Shown here piece after piece: positions 10,392 through 18,718 of a DNA stretch of 64,000 nt (its first letter is position 1; each line of letters begins with the position of its first letter). The notes under the pieces are model-generated. The model was not told the DNA's origin. It saw only the letters and a program-made list of their open reading frames with translations, and made no database searches. A program made the translations under genes and the position numbers. This DNA comes from an uncultured Candidatus Saccharibacteria bacterium (GTDB lineage Bacteria > Patescibacteriota > Minisyncoccia > UBA6257 > 2-01-FULL-56-20): contig CAZYEL010000002.1 in assembly GCA_964646415.1 (NCBI GenBank), forward strand, positions 8,538 to 72,537, in the 5' to 3' direction.

Positions 10392-12925
10392 TGGCGTCTT
10401 TTCTTCCGGAGACGCCCTTCGGCTTTTGCGATTGCCAGCGTCGTGCGGATAACCGTATCGGCGTTGAGCGATATGCTCTCGATGCCCGCGCGCACGAGGA
10501 GTTCCGCGAATCCCGGGTGGTCCGAAGGCGCCTGCCCGCAAATGCCGATATATTTCTTTTTCTTTCTGCATACCGCAATTACTTTGGTGATAAGCTGCCG
10601 CACCGCATCGTCGGTTTCATCGGCAACTTTGTTCACGATTCCCGAATCGCGGTCAAGTCCGAGCGTGAGCTGCGTGAGATCGTTCGACCCGATGGACATG
10701 CCGTCGAATATCTTAAGAAACTCTTCCGCAAGGAGTACATTTGAGGGAATCTCGCACATTACGTAGACCGGCGTTCTTTCCCCCCGTCCGCCCGCAAGAT
10801 TCGCAAGTCCGGATCCGGCCATAAGCATAAGCGTTTTCCGCCCCTCCTCAACCGTCCTGCAAAACGGCACCATGGGAATCACGTTCCGGAGCCCCATGCG
10901 CTCCCGGACAATCCGCACCGCCTTGCATTCAAGCAAAAACGCATCTTTGAATTTCGGGTCGTAGTATCGCGACGCGCCCCGCCAGCCGATCATCGGATTC
11001 TCCTCCTCCGGCTCGTATGCGGCGCCGCCCGCAAGCGAGCGGTATTCGTTGCTCTTGAAGTCAGAAAAGCGGACAATGACCGGATGCGGGTAAAATGCCG
11101 CGCCGATTTTCGCGATGCCATAGGCGAGATTATCCACGTAGTAATCCACGGGGCGCTCCCAGCCGCGCATCTTCTCTCTGATGATGCGGCGCACCTCGGG
11201 CGTCTGGGAACGGTAATTCAAGAGTGCCATCGGATGCACGCCGATTTTTGAAGCGATAATAAACTCCTCCCGCGCAAGCCCTACGCCTGCGTTCGGCAGG
11301 AATGATGTTTCAAACGCCGAATCGGGAATCGCCACATTCACCATCACCTTCGTCCTTGGCTTCGGGATTTTCCGCACGTCATGCGCATGCGTCTTGAATT
11401 TCAGCGCGCCCGCATACACCGCGCCTTCGCTTCCGGTCGTATCCACGGTAAGCATCTCTCCGGTCTTTATTCTTCTTGTGGCATGCTCCGTGCCCACCAC
11501 CGCGGGAATACCGAGCTCGCGGCTCACGATCGCCGCGTGGCTCGTGCGCCCGCCTTTGTCCGTCACGATTGCGGCGGCAATTTTCATAATCGGCTCCCAG
11601 TCCGGGTCGGTCATGGTAGTCACCAGGATCTCTCCCCGCTTGAACTCCCCGATGTGCTTCGCGTCCATGATCACGCGCGCCTTCCCTGTCGCAATACGCG
11701 AACCGACGGAAGCGCCGCGCACCAGCGGCTCCCTTCCCTGCGCGCGGAGGCGGTATTCCGTAACTTTCGAATAATCCCGGTTTGCATGCACCGTCTCGGG
11801 ACGCGCCTGGACAACATAGAGTTCGCCGGTGACGCCGTCCTTCGCCCACTCCATATCCATCGGCGTCCATTTGCCGTTCTTCCCGGAATAGTGCTCCTCG
11901 ACCGCAACGGCCCAGCGCGCGAGCGTGAGCACCTCATCTTCCTGCAGCACGAAGCGGTCCCGCTCCGCGGGCGACGTACGCACCACTTTTGTCCGCTTGA
12001 TGCCGCTGCCGCGTGCGGCATACACCATTTTCTCGTTCTTGTTGCCGAGCCGCCTGTCGATAATAGGAACCAATCCTTTTCCCCCGATTCCCTTCTTCCA
12101 TACTATGAATTCATCGGGTGTCACGCGTCCCTGCACAATCATCTCGCCCAACCCCCACACCGCATTGATTACCACCGCGTCGCGAAAACCGGATTCCGTA
12201 TCAAGCGTAAATATGACTCCGGATGCGCCCTTATCCGACCGCACCATTTTCTGCACGCCTACCGAAAGCGCGATTTTCAAATGGTCGAACCCTTTGTCCG
12301 CACGGTAAGAAATCGCGCGATTGGTAAAAAGCGAAGCCATTGCCGCCCGGGTCGCGGCAACCAGGCCGTCTCCGCCACGGATACCGAGATATGTTTCATG
12401 CTCCCCGGCAAAACTTGCGCCGGGAAGGTCTTCCGCCGTCGCGGAAGAGCGCACCGCAACATCCACGCCTTTTCCGTAACGCTTTTCAAGTCCCTCATAC
12501 GCCCTCCGGATTGCCGCTTCGAGGTCTTCCGGGAACGGCGTCCGGCGGATAGCGTCGCGCACTTCTTTCCCCCGCAACGCAAGCTCACGAAGGTTTCTCG
12601 TATCCAACCCCTTAAGCGTAACGCGCACAAATTTGGCGAGCCCGGTTGTTTTGAGAAAGTGATAATAGGCATCCGCGGTAATCGCGAATCCCGACGGCAC
12701 TCGCACCCCTTTCTTGCGAAGCGAGCGAATCATTTCGCCGAGCGACGCATTTTTACCGCCCACACGGCCCACGTCCCCGATGCCCACCTCTTCAAACGGA
12801 AGAATGAATCCCGTTAGAAATTTCCGCGAGGCATTTGTATCCCTACGGGAATTTAACCCTGGCGATAACCCGCGCCGCAAACGTTGGGGTATTATTTCTA
12901 ACGGGATGAATGAACGCGGTGACAT
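10388..12925 (-). CDS. ppsA: Phosphoenolpyruvate synthase with a 34-aa N-terminal in-frame insert
   Basis: VGGKNASLGEM, VAVRSSATAED, SHAAIVSRE, GWRGASRY, SIGSNDL. Confidence 0.95.
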   Translation of the reverse strand: MSPRSFIPLEIIPQRLRRGLSPGLNSRRDTNASRKFLTGFILPFEEVGIGDVGRVGGKNASLGEMIRSLRKKGVRVPSGFAITADAYYHFLKTTGLAKFVRVTLKGLDTRNLRELALRGKEVRDAIRRTPFPEDLEAAIRRAYEGLEKRYGKGVDVAVRSSATAEDLPGASFAGEHETYLGIRGGDGLVAATRAAMASLFTNRAISYRADKGFDHLKIALSVGVQKMVRSDKGASGVIFTLDTESGFRDAVVINAVWGLGEMIVQGRVTPDEFIVWKKGIGGKGLVPIIDRRLGNKNEKMVYAARGSGIKRTKVVRTSPAERDRFVLQEDEVLTLARWAVAVEEHYSGKNGKWTPMDMEWAKDGVTGELYVVQARPETVHANRDYSKVTEYRLRAQGREPLVRGASVGSRIATGKARVIMDAKHIGEFKRGEILVTTMTDPDWEPIMKIAAAIVTDKGGRTSHAAIVSRELGIPAVVGTEHATRRIKTGEMLTVDTTGSEGAVYAGALKFKTHAHDVRKIPKPRTKVMVNVAIPDSAFETSFLPNAGVGLAREEFIIASKIGVHPMALLNYRSQTPEVRRIIREKMRGWERPVDYYVDNLAYGIAKIGAAFYPHPVIVRFSDFKSNEYRSLAGGAAYEPEEENPMIGWRGASRYYDPKFKDAFLLECKAVRIVRERMGLRNVIPMVPFCRTVEEGRKTLMLMAGSGLANLAGGRGERTPVYVMCEIPSNVLLAEEFLKIFDGMSIGSNDLTQLTLGLDRDSGIVNKVADETDDAVRQLITKVIAVCRKKKKYIGICGQAPSDHPGFAELLVRAGIESISLNADTVIRTTLAIAKAEGRLRKKRRQ
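12808..12907. mobile_element. MITE-like element inserted in frame in ppsA
   Basis: 14-bp terminal inverted repeats ATCCCGTTAGAAAT/ATTTCTAACGGGAT; ATGAAT repeated at a 102-nt spacing. Confidence 0.7.
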
Positions 12926-12931
12926 ATATTT

Positions 12932-14230
12932 TTATTCTTTTAGCGCAATAACAAGATCCGACACATTCGACCCCGTAATTCCCGTACTAAGAAAATCGCC
13001 GACCTCGCGAAAGAACACGTAGGAATCGTTCGCCGCAAGATATTCGCCGGGCGCACGACCGAGCGCCTCGGCATGCTCTCCCGTCATTATATCGCATAGT
13101 GCCCCCGCATAGTCACTGTTATCCCTTCCGTCGGAGGCAAGCGAGAGCACCACTTCGCCGCGCTCCAGAAACCGGAGAGCGGAAAGCGCAAGCTCCATAT
13201 TGCGTCCGCCCGTTCCCGCCCCCTTTACGGTTACCGTCGTTTCACCCCCGTACAACAGCGCGCAGCGCGATTTTCCGGCGTGAAGCGCGCGAGCAATTTT
13301 CTCACCCGCTTCCCGCGCCTCCCCCACCAGTGCACCGCTCCGAGAATCGGGCGCGAATCCCCGCTGTTTCGCCGCATCCGCCATCGCGCGGAGCGCTATG
13401 TCGTTCGACACAGCAACGATGTTTTGAATTTTCTCGAAATATTTTTCGTCTTTCGGCGTTTCCACAAGCCCGCACCGTTCGCCCCCGCACGCCGCACGCA
13501 ACCCGTATTTCTCAAGTATCATTTCGGCATCACGAACACTCGTCGCATCCTTCACCGTAGGTCCGGAAGCGATAAACTGCACGTCATCGCCCGCAACATC
13601 GGAGAAAATGAGCGAGGCAACCCGCGCCGGGTACGCCTGCTGCGCAAGATATCCGCCCCGTGCCTGCGACGGGAGATGCTTCCGCACCGTATTCATTTCC
13701 TGTATTGCCGCGCCGCTCCGCATAAGCGCGCTCACTATTTTTCCCTCATCCCCGCAACCTTCTTCCCTCGGCAGACAAAGAAGCGTCGAACCTCCCCCTG
13801 AAATTATAAAAAGCACAAGGTCGTTTTCGCCCAGCCCCGCGAGCACCCCTCTCAGCATCGCAGACCCCCGGGCATTCGCCTCCGAAGGCAACGGATGAGT
13901 GCCTTCCACCGCGGTTATCCTTTCGAGCGGCGGCGGCGTCCCGACGCCGAGCGCCACGCCGCGGGTAATCGCCTCTCCCAATATGCGCTCAAGCGCCTTC
14001 GCCGCCTCAAACGCGCATTTCCCCACGCCCGCGACCACGATTTTATCCCCGGTACGCATCGGGTAGCTCTTCTCGCCGATTGTCACGCTTCCCTCCCCGG
14101 TTTTCACCCACTTCCCGATAACCTCCGCAGTGCGTATTGCCCGAATTCCTTCTTCCGCAATCTCCAAAGCCGCGCGTCTTGTTGCGGATGTCGCAAGCTT
14201 CTCAAAATTCTTTATCGCGCGCGTTTCCAT
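12932..14230 (-). CDS. Glycerate 2-kinase (MOFRL/DUF4147 type)
   Basis: GVGK, HPLP, ISGGGS, SDVAGDD..IASGPT, GGETTV, GGRNME, TGSNVSD. Confidence 0.9.
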   Translation of the reverse strand: METRAIKNFEKLATSATRRAALEIAEEGIRAIRTAEVIGKWVKTGEGSVTIGEKSYPMRTGDKIVVAGVGKCAFEAAKALERILGEAITRGVALGVGTPPPLERITAVEGTHPLPSEANARGSAMLRGVLAGLGENDLVLFIISGGGSTLLCLPREEGCGDEGKIVSALMRSGAAIQEMNTVRKHLPSQARGGYLAQQAYPARVASLIFSDVAGDDVQFIASGPTVKDATSVRDAEMILEKYGLRAACGGERCGLVETPKDEKYFEKIQNIVAVSNDIALRAMADAAKQRGFAPDSRSGALVGEAREAGEKIARALHAGKSRCALLYGGETTVTVKGAGTGGRNMELALSALRFLERGEVVLSLASDGRDNSDYAGALCDIMTGEHAEALGRAPGEYLAANDSYVFFREVGDFLSTGITGSNVSDLVIALKE

Positions 14231-14337
14231 GCCGCGTTGTGTAAATTGCCAGGATGCCTCTTTATATGCATGGTACTTGCCCTCTATTGTAGCAAATCAC
14301 CGGGACACGCCACGGGCGAATTTGGTATAATTCTTAT

Positions 14338-14733
14338 ATGAAAGGCTACGTTGGCAACATTGAGGAAGAATCCCTCAAAAACGAGTGTTTCAGGAAAGTC
14401 CTCTACACCGCAAAAAAGAGCCAGCTTGTGCTGATGAACTTGCAGCCGGGAGAGGACATCGGCGAAGAGGTACATCAGCTCGACCAATTCCTCCGGTGCG
14501 AAGCCGGTACCGGCAAAGCAATCCTCAATGGAATCGAATATCCGGTCCATGACGGGACGGCAGTAGTGGTTCCCGCAGGAGTGAACCACAACATCATTAA
14601 TACGTCGCCCGACGCGCCCATGAAGCTTTACACCATCTATTCCCCGCCGAATCATCGCAACGTAGTGGTGCATCGCACGAAAGCGGATGCAGAGGCCGAC
14701 GAAGAGCACTTCGACGGGAGATTGAGTGAATAA
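14338..14733 (+). CDS. Cupin domain protein
   Basis: IGEEVH.LDQF, VPAGVNHNI, LYTIYSPPNH. Confidence 0.85.
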   Translation: MKGYVGNIEEESLKNECFRKVLYTAKKSQLVLMNLQPGEDIGEEVHQLDQFLRCEAGTGKAILNGIEYPVHDGTAVVVPAGVNHNIINTSPDAPMKLYTIYSPPNHRNVVVHRTKADAEADEEHFDGRLSE

Positions 14734-14752
14734 TCGAACCGCCCGCCCCCTC

Positions 14753-15169
14753 ATGCACTGGAGCATTTACGCGTTAGGCTCGGCAGTCTTTGCGGCGCTG
14801 GTCGCCATTTTCGGCAAGCTCGGTCTTCAAGGAATAGATTCCACGCTTGCGACAACCGTCCGCTCGGTCGTAATGACGCTCTTCCTTGTTCTTGTTTCAT
14901 TCTCGCTCGGGAAGTTCGAATTCCTGGGCACCCTGAACAACCGGGCACTCGCCTTCATTATCCTTTCCGGGCTCGCGGGCGCGCTCTCCTGGCTCTTGTA
15001 TTTCCTCGCCATTAAGCTCGGGCCCGTTTCCGGCGTCGCAGGCATCGACCGGACAAGCGTAGTCTTCGCACTCATCCTCGCCGCACTTTTCCTGGGCGAA
15101 TCGTTCACTGCGCAAAAAGCGCTGGGTGCGGCGCTTGTCGCAATCGGCGCGGTCCTCCTTGCGATATAG
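14753..15169 (+). CDS. Single-domain EamA transporter
   Basis: FAALVAIFGKLGL, GPVSGVAGIDR, FLGE. Confidence 0.85.
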   Translation: MHWSIYALGSAVFAALVAIFGKLGLQGIDSTLATTVRSVVMTLFLVLVSFSLGKFEFLGTLNNRALAFIILSGLAGALSWLLYFLAIKLGPVSGVAGIDRTSVVFALILAALFLGESFTAQKALGAALVAIGAVLLAI

Positions 15170-15174
15170 CGAAC

Positions 15175-15440
15175 ATGCCGCTCACCGGCTTGTCGTATGC
15201 AATCAGTGCCGCCGTTACGTGGGGGCTGGTTTACACCATTGACCAGCGGATACTCCGAAATACGACTCCCTTTACTCTTCTTTTCGTTAACTCGCTTATC
15301 ACCGTAGCTATCCTGCTTCCCTTCATATTTTTAGAGCGGAAAGAATTTGCCGCACCGCGCCCGGCTCCGCGCTTCTCCTCGGCGGCTCGCTCATAGTTAT
15401 AGGCTCGGCCATTATCATCTCATCGGGGCGAAAAACCCTG
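15175..15440 (+). pseudogene. Internally deleted/frameshifted EamA gene
   Basis: The first two TMs are in the ORF 15175-15396; the C-terminal TM LLLGGSLIVIGSAIIIS is in another frame; the middle part is missing. Confidence 0.55.
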
Positions 15441-15550
15441 AAAAATAAGGCTTTCCCATGTGAGCGACTAGAAACTAGCAATTAGAAATCTAGAATTTAG
15501 GCGGCTAGCAATACGGATCAACGAATAACGCACAAATCATTTATCTATTC

Positions 15551-15590
15551 CATATACAAACTTATTGCACGTGCAATAAGTTTGTATATG
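15551..15590. repeat. Perfect 40-bp palindrome
   Basis: CATATACAAACTTATTGCAC|GTGCAATAAGTTTGTATATG. Confidence 0.9.
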
Positions 15591-15695
15591 TTTATATGAA
15601 ATACGGCGGCTTAAAACATCGCCACGTTTTAAAATCCAATTCGTTGCCCGCCTGTCAGTGATTCAGTTTTTATGAGTTTTAGGCGATTCGCGCTT

Positions 15696-18269
15696 TTATG
15701 CGCCTGCTCTTCCCAATACTTTGCGGAGATACTCCCCCGTAAAACTTCCTTTCTTACGCGCAATCTCTTCGGGAGTGCCCGCCGCCACAATTTCACCTCC
15801 CTTCTCCCCTCCTTCGGGACCAAGGTCAATCACCCAGTCCGCGGTCTTGATGACGTCCAAGTTATGCTCGATTACGACAACCGTGTTCCCGCGGTCAGCG
15901 AGCCGTTGAAGGACTTGCAGCAATTTATCCACGTCCGCGAAGTGAAGTCCCGTCGTCGGCTCGTCCAAAATATACAGCGTACGGCGCGTGTCGCGCTTCC
16001 CCAATTCCGACGCAAGCTTCACGCGCTGGGCTTCGCCTCCAGAGAGCGTCGTCGCGGACTGTCCTAATTCCAAATACCCCAATCCAACCTCATCCAAAAT
16101 TTTGAGACGATCCGCAAGCCACGGGATATCATCGAAGAATTTCACCGCTTCCTCAATCGTGAGTTTCAAAATCTCAAATATATTTTTACCTTTGTATTCC
16201 ACCGCAAGTGTCTCGCGATCGAAGCGTTTGCCTTTGCAGATATCGCACTGGATATAGACCGTCGGCAAAAAGTGCATCTCGATTGCGAGCGTGCCATGCC
16301 CCTCGCAATTCTCACACCGTCCGCCGGGAACGTTGAAACTAAACCGGCCGGGCTTGTAGCCGCGTACTTTCGCATCTGGCGTTGCGGCAAAAAGGTCGCG
16401 GATAAACGTCCAAGCACCCACATAGGTCGCCGGGTTTGAGCGCGGCGTGCGTCCGATTGCCGACTGGTCAATGTTAATCACGCGGTTCACGTGCTCCAGT
16501 CCGAAGATGCCGCTGTGCACGCCTTCCTTATAGCTCGAACCATGCCACCGGTTCGCGAGCGTCTTGTAAAGCACGTCATACACCAAACTCGACTTCCCCG
16601 AACCCGAGACGCCGGTTACCGCCGTGAAACGCCCTACGGGAATTTCCACGTCGATGTTCTTGAGATTATTTTCCTTTGCGCCTTTGATGGAAATGAACTT
16701 CGTCCCCTTGCCGATGCCGCGCCGTTCGCTCGGAACATTAATAAATCGCTTGCCCCGGAGGTACTCAAGCGTAAGCGACTGGGGAAATGCTCCCATGCTC
16801 TTCGCCGAGAGTATTTCCGGTATCGCACCTTGCGCCACAATCTTTCCTCCGTGTACTCCCGCGCCGGGTCCGAAATCAACCAGGTGGTCGCTCTCACGGA
16901 TGGTTTCCTCATCGTGCTCCACCACCACAATCGTGTTCCCCAGGTCACGGAGGTCATGAAGCGTCTTGATAAGCTTTGCATTGTCGCGCTGATGCAATCC
17001 GATCGTCGGCTCGTCCAAAATATAGAGCGTCCCCACGAGGCGCGAACCCACCTGCGACGCGAGGCGTATCCGCTGCGCTTCGCCGCCGGAAAGTGTTCCC
17101 GCCCGCCGCTCCAACGTAAGGTACTCGAGCCCCACATCAAGCATAAACTTCAGCCGGTTTTTAATCTCACGGAGCGGCGCTTCGGCAATTTCCTTGAAGC
17201 GTGCGGCGCCTTTAAGTTCAAGCTTTCCCATAAAGTCATATGCCTCGCCGATGGAGTAGGCAACCACTGATGCGATATTTTTCCCCTGAATCAAGACGTT
17301 CAGACTTTCCTCTTTAAGCCGTTTTCCCGCGCATATAGGACAAATTTTCTCGGACCACAAATCCTCCGTGCCCAATCCATGGCATTGCGGACATGCACCA
17401 TACGGACTGTTAAACGAGAAAAGGCGCGGTTCGATTTCCGGAAACGAGAATCCGTCGTTCGGGCAGGTAAATTTTGCGGAAAGAGACACCTCCTTGTCCG
17501 TCACGACCGTCACCACGTCATTGCCGTACTTCAAAGCAGTCTCAATCGCTTCGGAGAGCCGTAAGCGGTTGTCCTTTATGTCTTGTCCGCCAGAGGCGGA
17601 TCCGCCTTCGGCGGAAAATCTCACGCCCGCGGGAATACGGTCAACTACCAAATCAATGGAATGAGCTTTGTAGCGGCTAAGCTCCACCCGCTCACGGAGC
17701 GTTTTATAAATTCCATCCACACGCACCTCGGAGAACCCCGCATTCAAAAAGTCGTAGAGCAGCTGGTAATACTCCCCTTTCCGTCCGCGCACGACAGGCG
17801 CAAGAATCACAATGTTTTTCTTTGATTTATTTTCATTCGAAATCTGAATCGCAACATCCACAATTTCCTCATTCGTCATTTTCTGGATTTCTTTGCCGCA
17901 CTTGGGACAATGCGGCTTTCCCGCACGGGCAAAAAGCACGCGGAGATAGTCGTAAATTTCCGTCACCGTTGCCACCGTCGAGCGCGGATTCGAAGAGTGG
18001 CTCTTTTGGTCAATCGAAATTGCCGGTGAGAGCCCTTCAATATCGTCTATATCCGGCTTATCAAGCCGCCCCAAGAACTGCCGCGCATATGCGGAGAGCG
18101 ATTCGATATAACGGCGCTGGCCTTCCGCGAAAATCGTATCGAACGCCATGCTCGATTTCCCCGAACCGGAAAGGCCGGTAAACACGACCATTTTGTCGCG
18201 CGGTATTTCGAGATTTATGTTCTTTAAATTGTGCTCGCGCGCTCCTTTTATGATGATTTTGTCTTTCAT
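15696..18269 (-). CDS. uvrA: Excinuclease ABC subunit A
   Basis: [17 protein letters not shown], two LSGGEAQR signatures, zinc fingers; start MKDKIII at 18269. Confidence 0.97.
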   Translation of the reverse strand: MKDKIIIKGAREHNLKNINLEIPRDKMVVFTGLSGSGKSSMAFDTIFAEGQRRYIESLSAYARQFLGRLDKPDIDDIEGLSPAISIDQKSHSSNPRSTVATVTEIYDYLRVLFARAGKPHCPKCGKEIQKMTNEEIVDVAIQISNENKSKKNIVILAPVVRGRKGEYYQLLYDFLNAGFSEVRVDGIYKTLRERVELSRYKAHSIDLVVDRIPAGVRFSAEGGSASGGQDIKDNRLRLSEAIETALKYGNDVVTVVTDKEVSLSAKFTCPNDGFSFPEIEPRLFSFNSPYGACPQCHGLGTEDLWSEKICPICAGKRLKEESLNVLIQGKNIASVVAYSIGEAYDFMGKLELKGAARFKEIAEAPLREIKNRLKFMLDVGLEYLTLERRAGTLSGGEAQRIRLASQVGSRLVGTLYILDEPTIGLHQRDNAKLIKTLHDLRDLGNTIVVVEHDEETIRESDHLVDFGPGAGVHGGKIVAQGAIPEILSAKSMGAFPQSLTLEYLRGKRFINVPSERRGIGKGTKFISIKGAKENNLKNIDVEIPVGRFTAVTGVSGSGKSSLVYDVLYKTLANRWHGSSYKEGVHSGIFGLEHVNRVINIDQSAIGRTPRSNPATYVGAWTFIRDLFAATPDAKVRGYKPGRFSFNVPGGRCENCEGHGTLAIEMHFLPTVYIQCDICKGKRFDRETLAVEYKGKNIFEILKLTIEEAVKFFDDIPWLADRLKILDEVGLGYLELGQSATTLSGGEAQRVKLASELGKRDTRRTLYILDEPTTGLHFADVDKLLQVLQRLADRGNTVVVIEHNLDVIKTADWVIDLGPEGGEKGGEIVAAGTPEEIARKKGSFTGEYLRKVLGRAGA
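17586..17615. repeat. 30-bp double-hairpin repeat, in frame in uvrA ([10 protein letters not shown])
   Basis: TCCGCCAGAGGCGGATCCGCCTTCGGCGGA; near-identical intergenic copies at 54039-54068 and 54941-54970. Confidence 0.85.
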
Positions 18270-18309
18270 GATTCCTTGCTTATATGCGCAATTCTGATTC
18301 CCAATATGC

Positions 18310-18343
18310 CGAGGATTAACCTCCTGCAGGAGGTTAATCCTCG
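18310..18343. repeat. Perfect 34-bp palindrome upstream of uvrA
   Basis: CGAGGATTAACCTCCTG|CAGGAGGTTAATCCTCG. Confidence 0.85.
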
Positions 18344-18424
18344 AAACATTGATCATAACGCAGAAACCGCCCCCTCCATGCGGCATATAGAGGGTAGCAG
18401 GGGAAAGTGTACCTCATCACCAAC

Positions 18425-18488
18425 AAAAAACCACCTTCTCGCGGCGGGTTATACGGAGAGTTTCCTGCTGGCTTTAGCAGGAAACTCT
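18425..18488 (-). terminator. Strong hairpin (18457-18488) followed by a weaker hairpin with a U-tract
   Basis: AGAGTTTCCTGCT..AGCAGGAAACTCT; then CCGCCGCGAGAAGGTGGTTTTTT on the minus strand. Confidence 0.5.
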
Positions 18489-18493
18489 ATCTT

Positions 18494-18635
18494 GGTTCTT
18501 CGCCTCGCGCTTGAAACTCCTCCGCTGGTTTCACAAGTTATTGACTCTCAACGTGATACCCAAGGGCAACACATGCTTCGAGTCCTTGTGGTGAAATATT
18601 GTTTTGAACGGAAGTTTTGCACGAGCCTCAGAACC
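18494..18635 (-). ncRNA. Candidate 6S-like rod-shaped RNA
   Basis: Ends pair (GGTTCT/AGAACC); nested stems surround a central A-rich bubble; TTGACT at 18664-18669 upstream and a terminator downstream. Confidence 0.4.
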
Positions 18636-18718
18636 GTAATAATTTTCCCGCTTCTTTCCAAAAAGTCAATGGGGACATGGGGAGATGTGGTGGATAACCC
18701 CCGAGAAAAAGTGGATAA

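Noticed and set aside
8350-12817. Long plus-strand ORFs (393, 439 and 478 aa) opposite eno, the dehydrogenase and ppsA
   Set aside because: Antisense shadows of GC-rich genes with no recognisable motifs.
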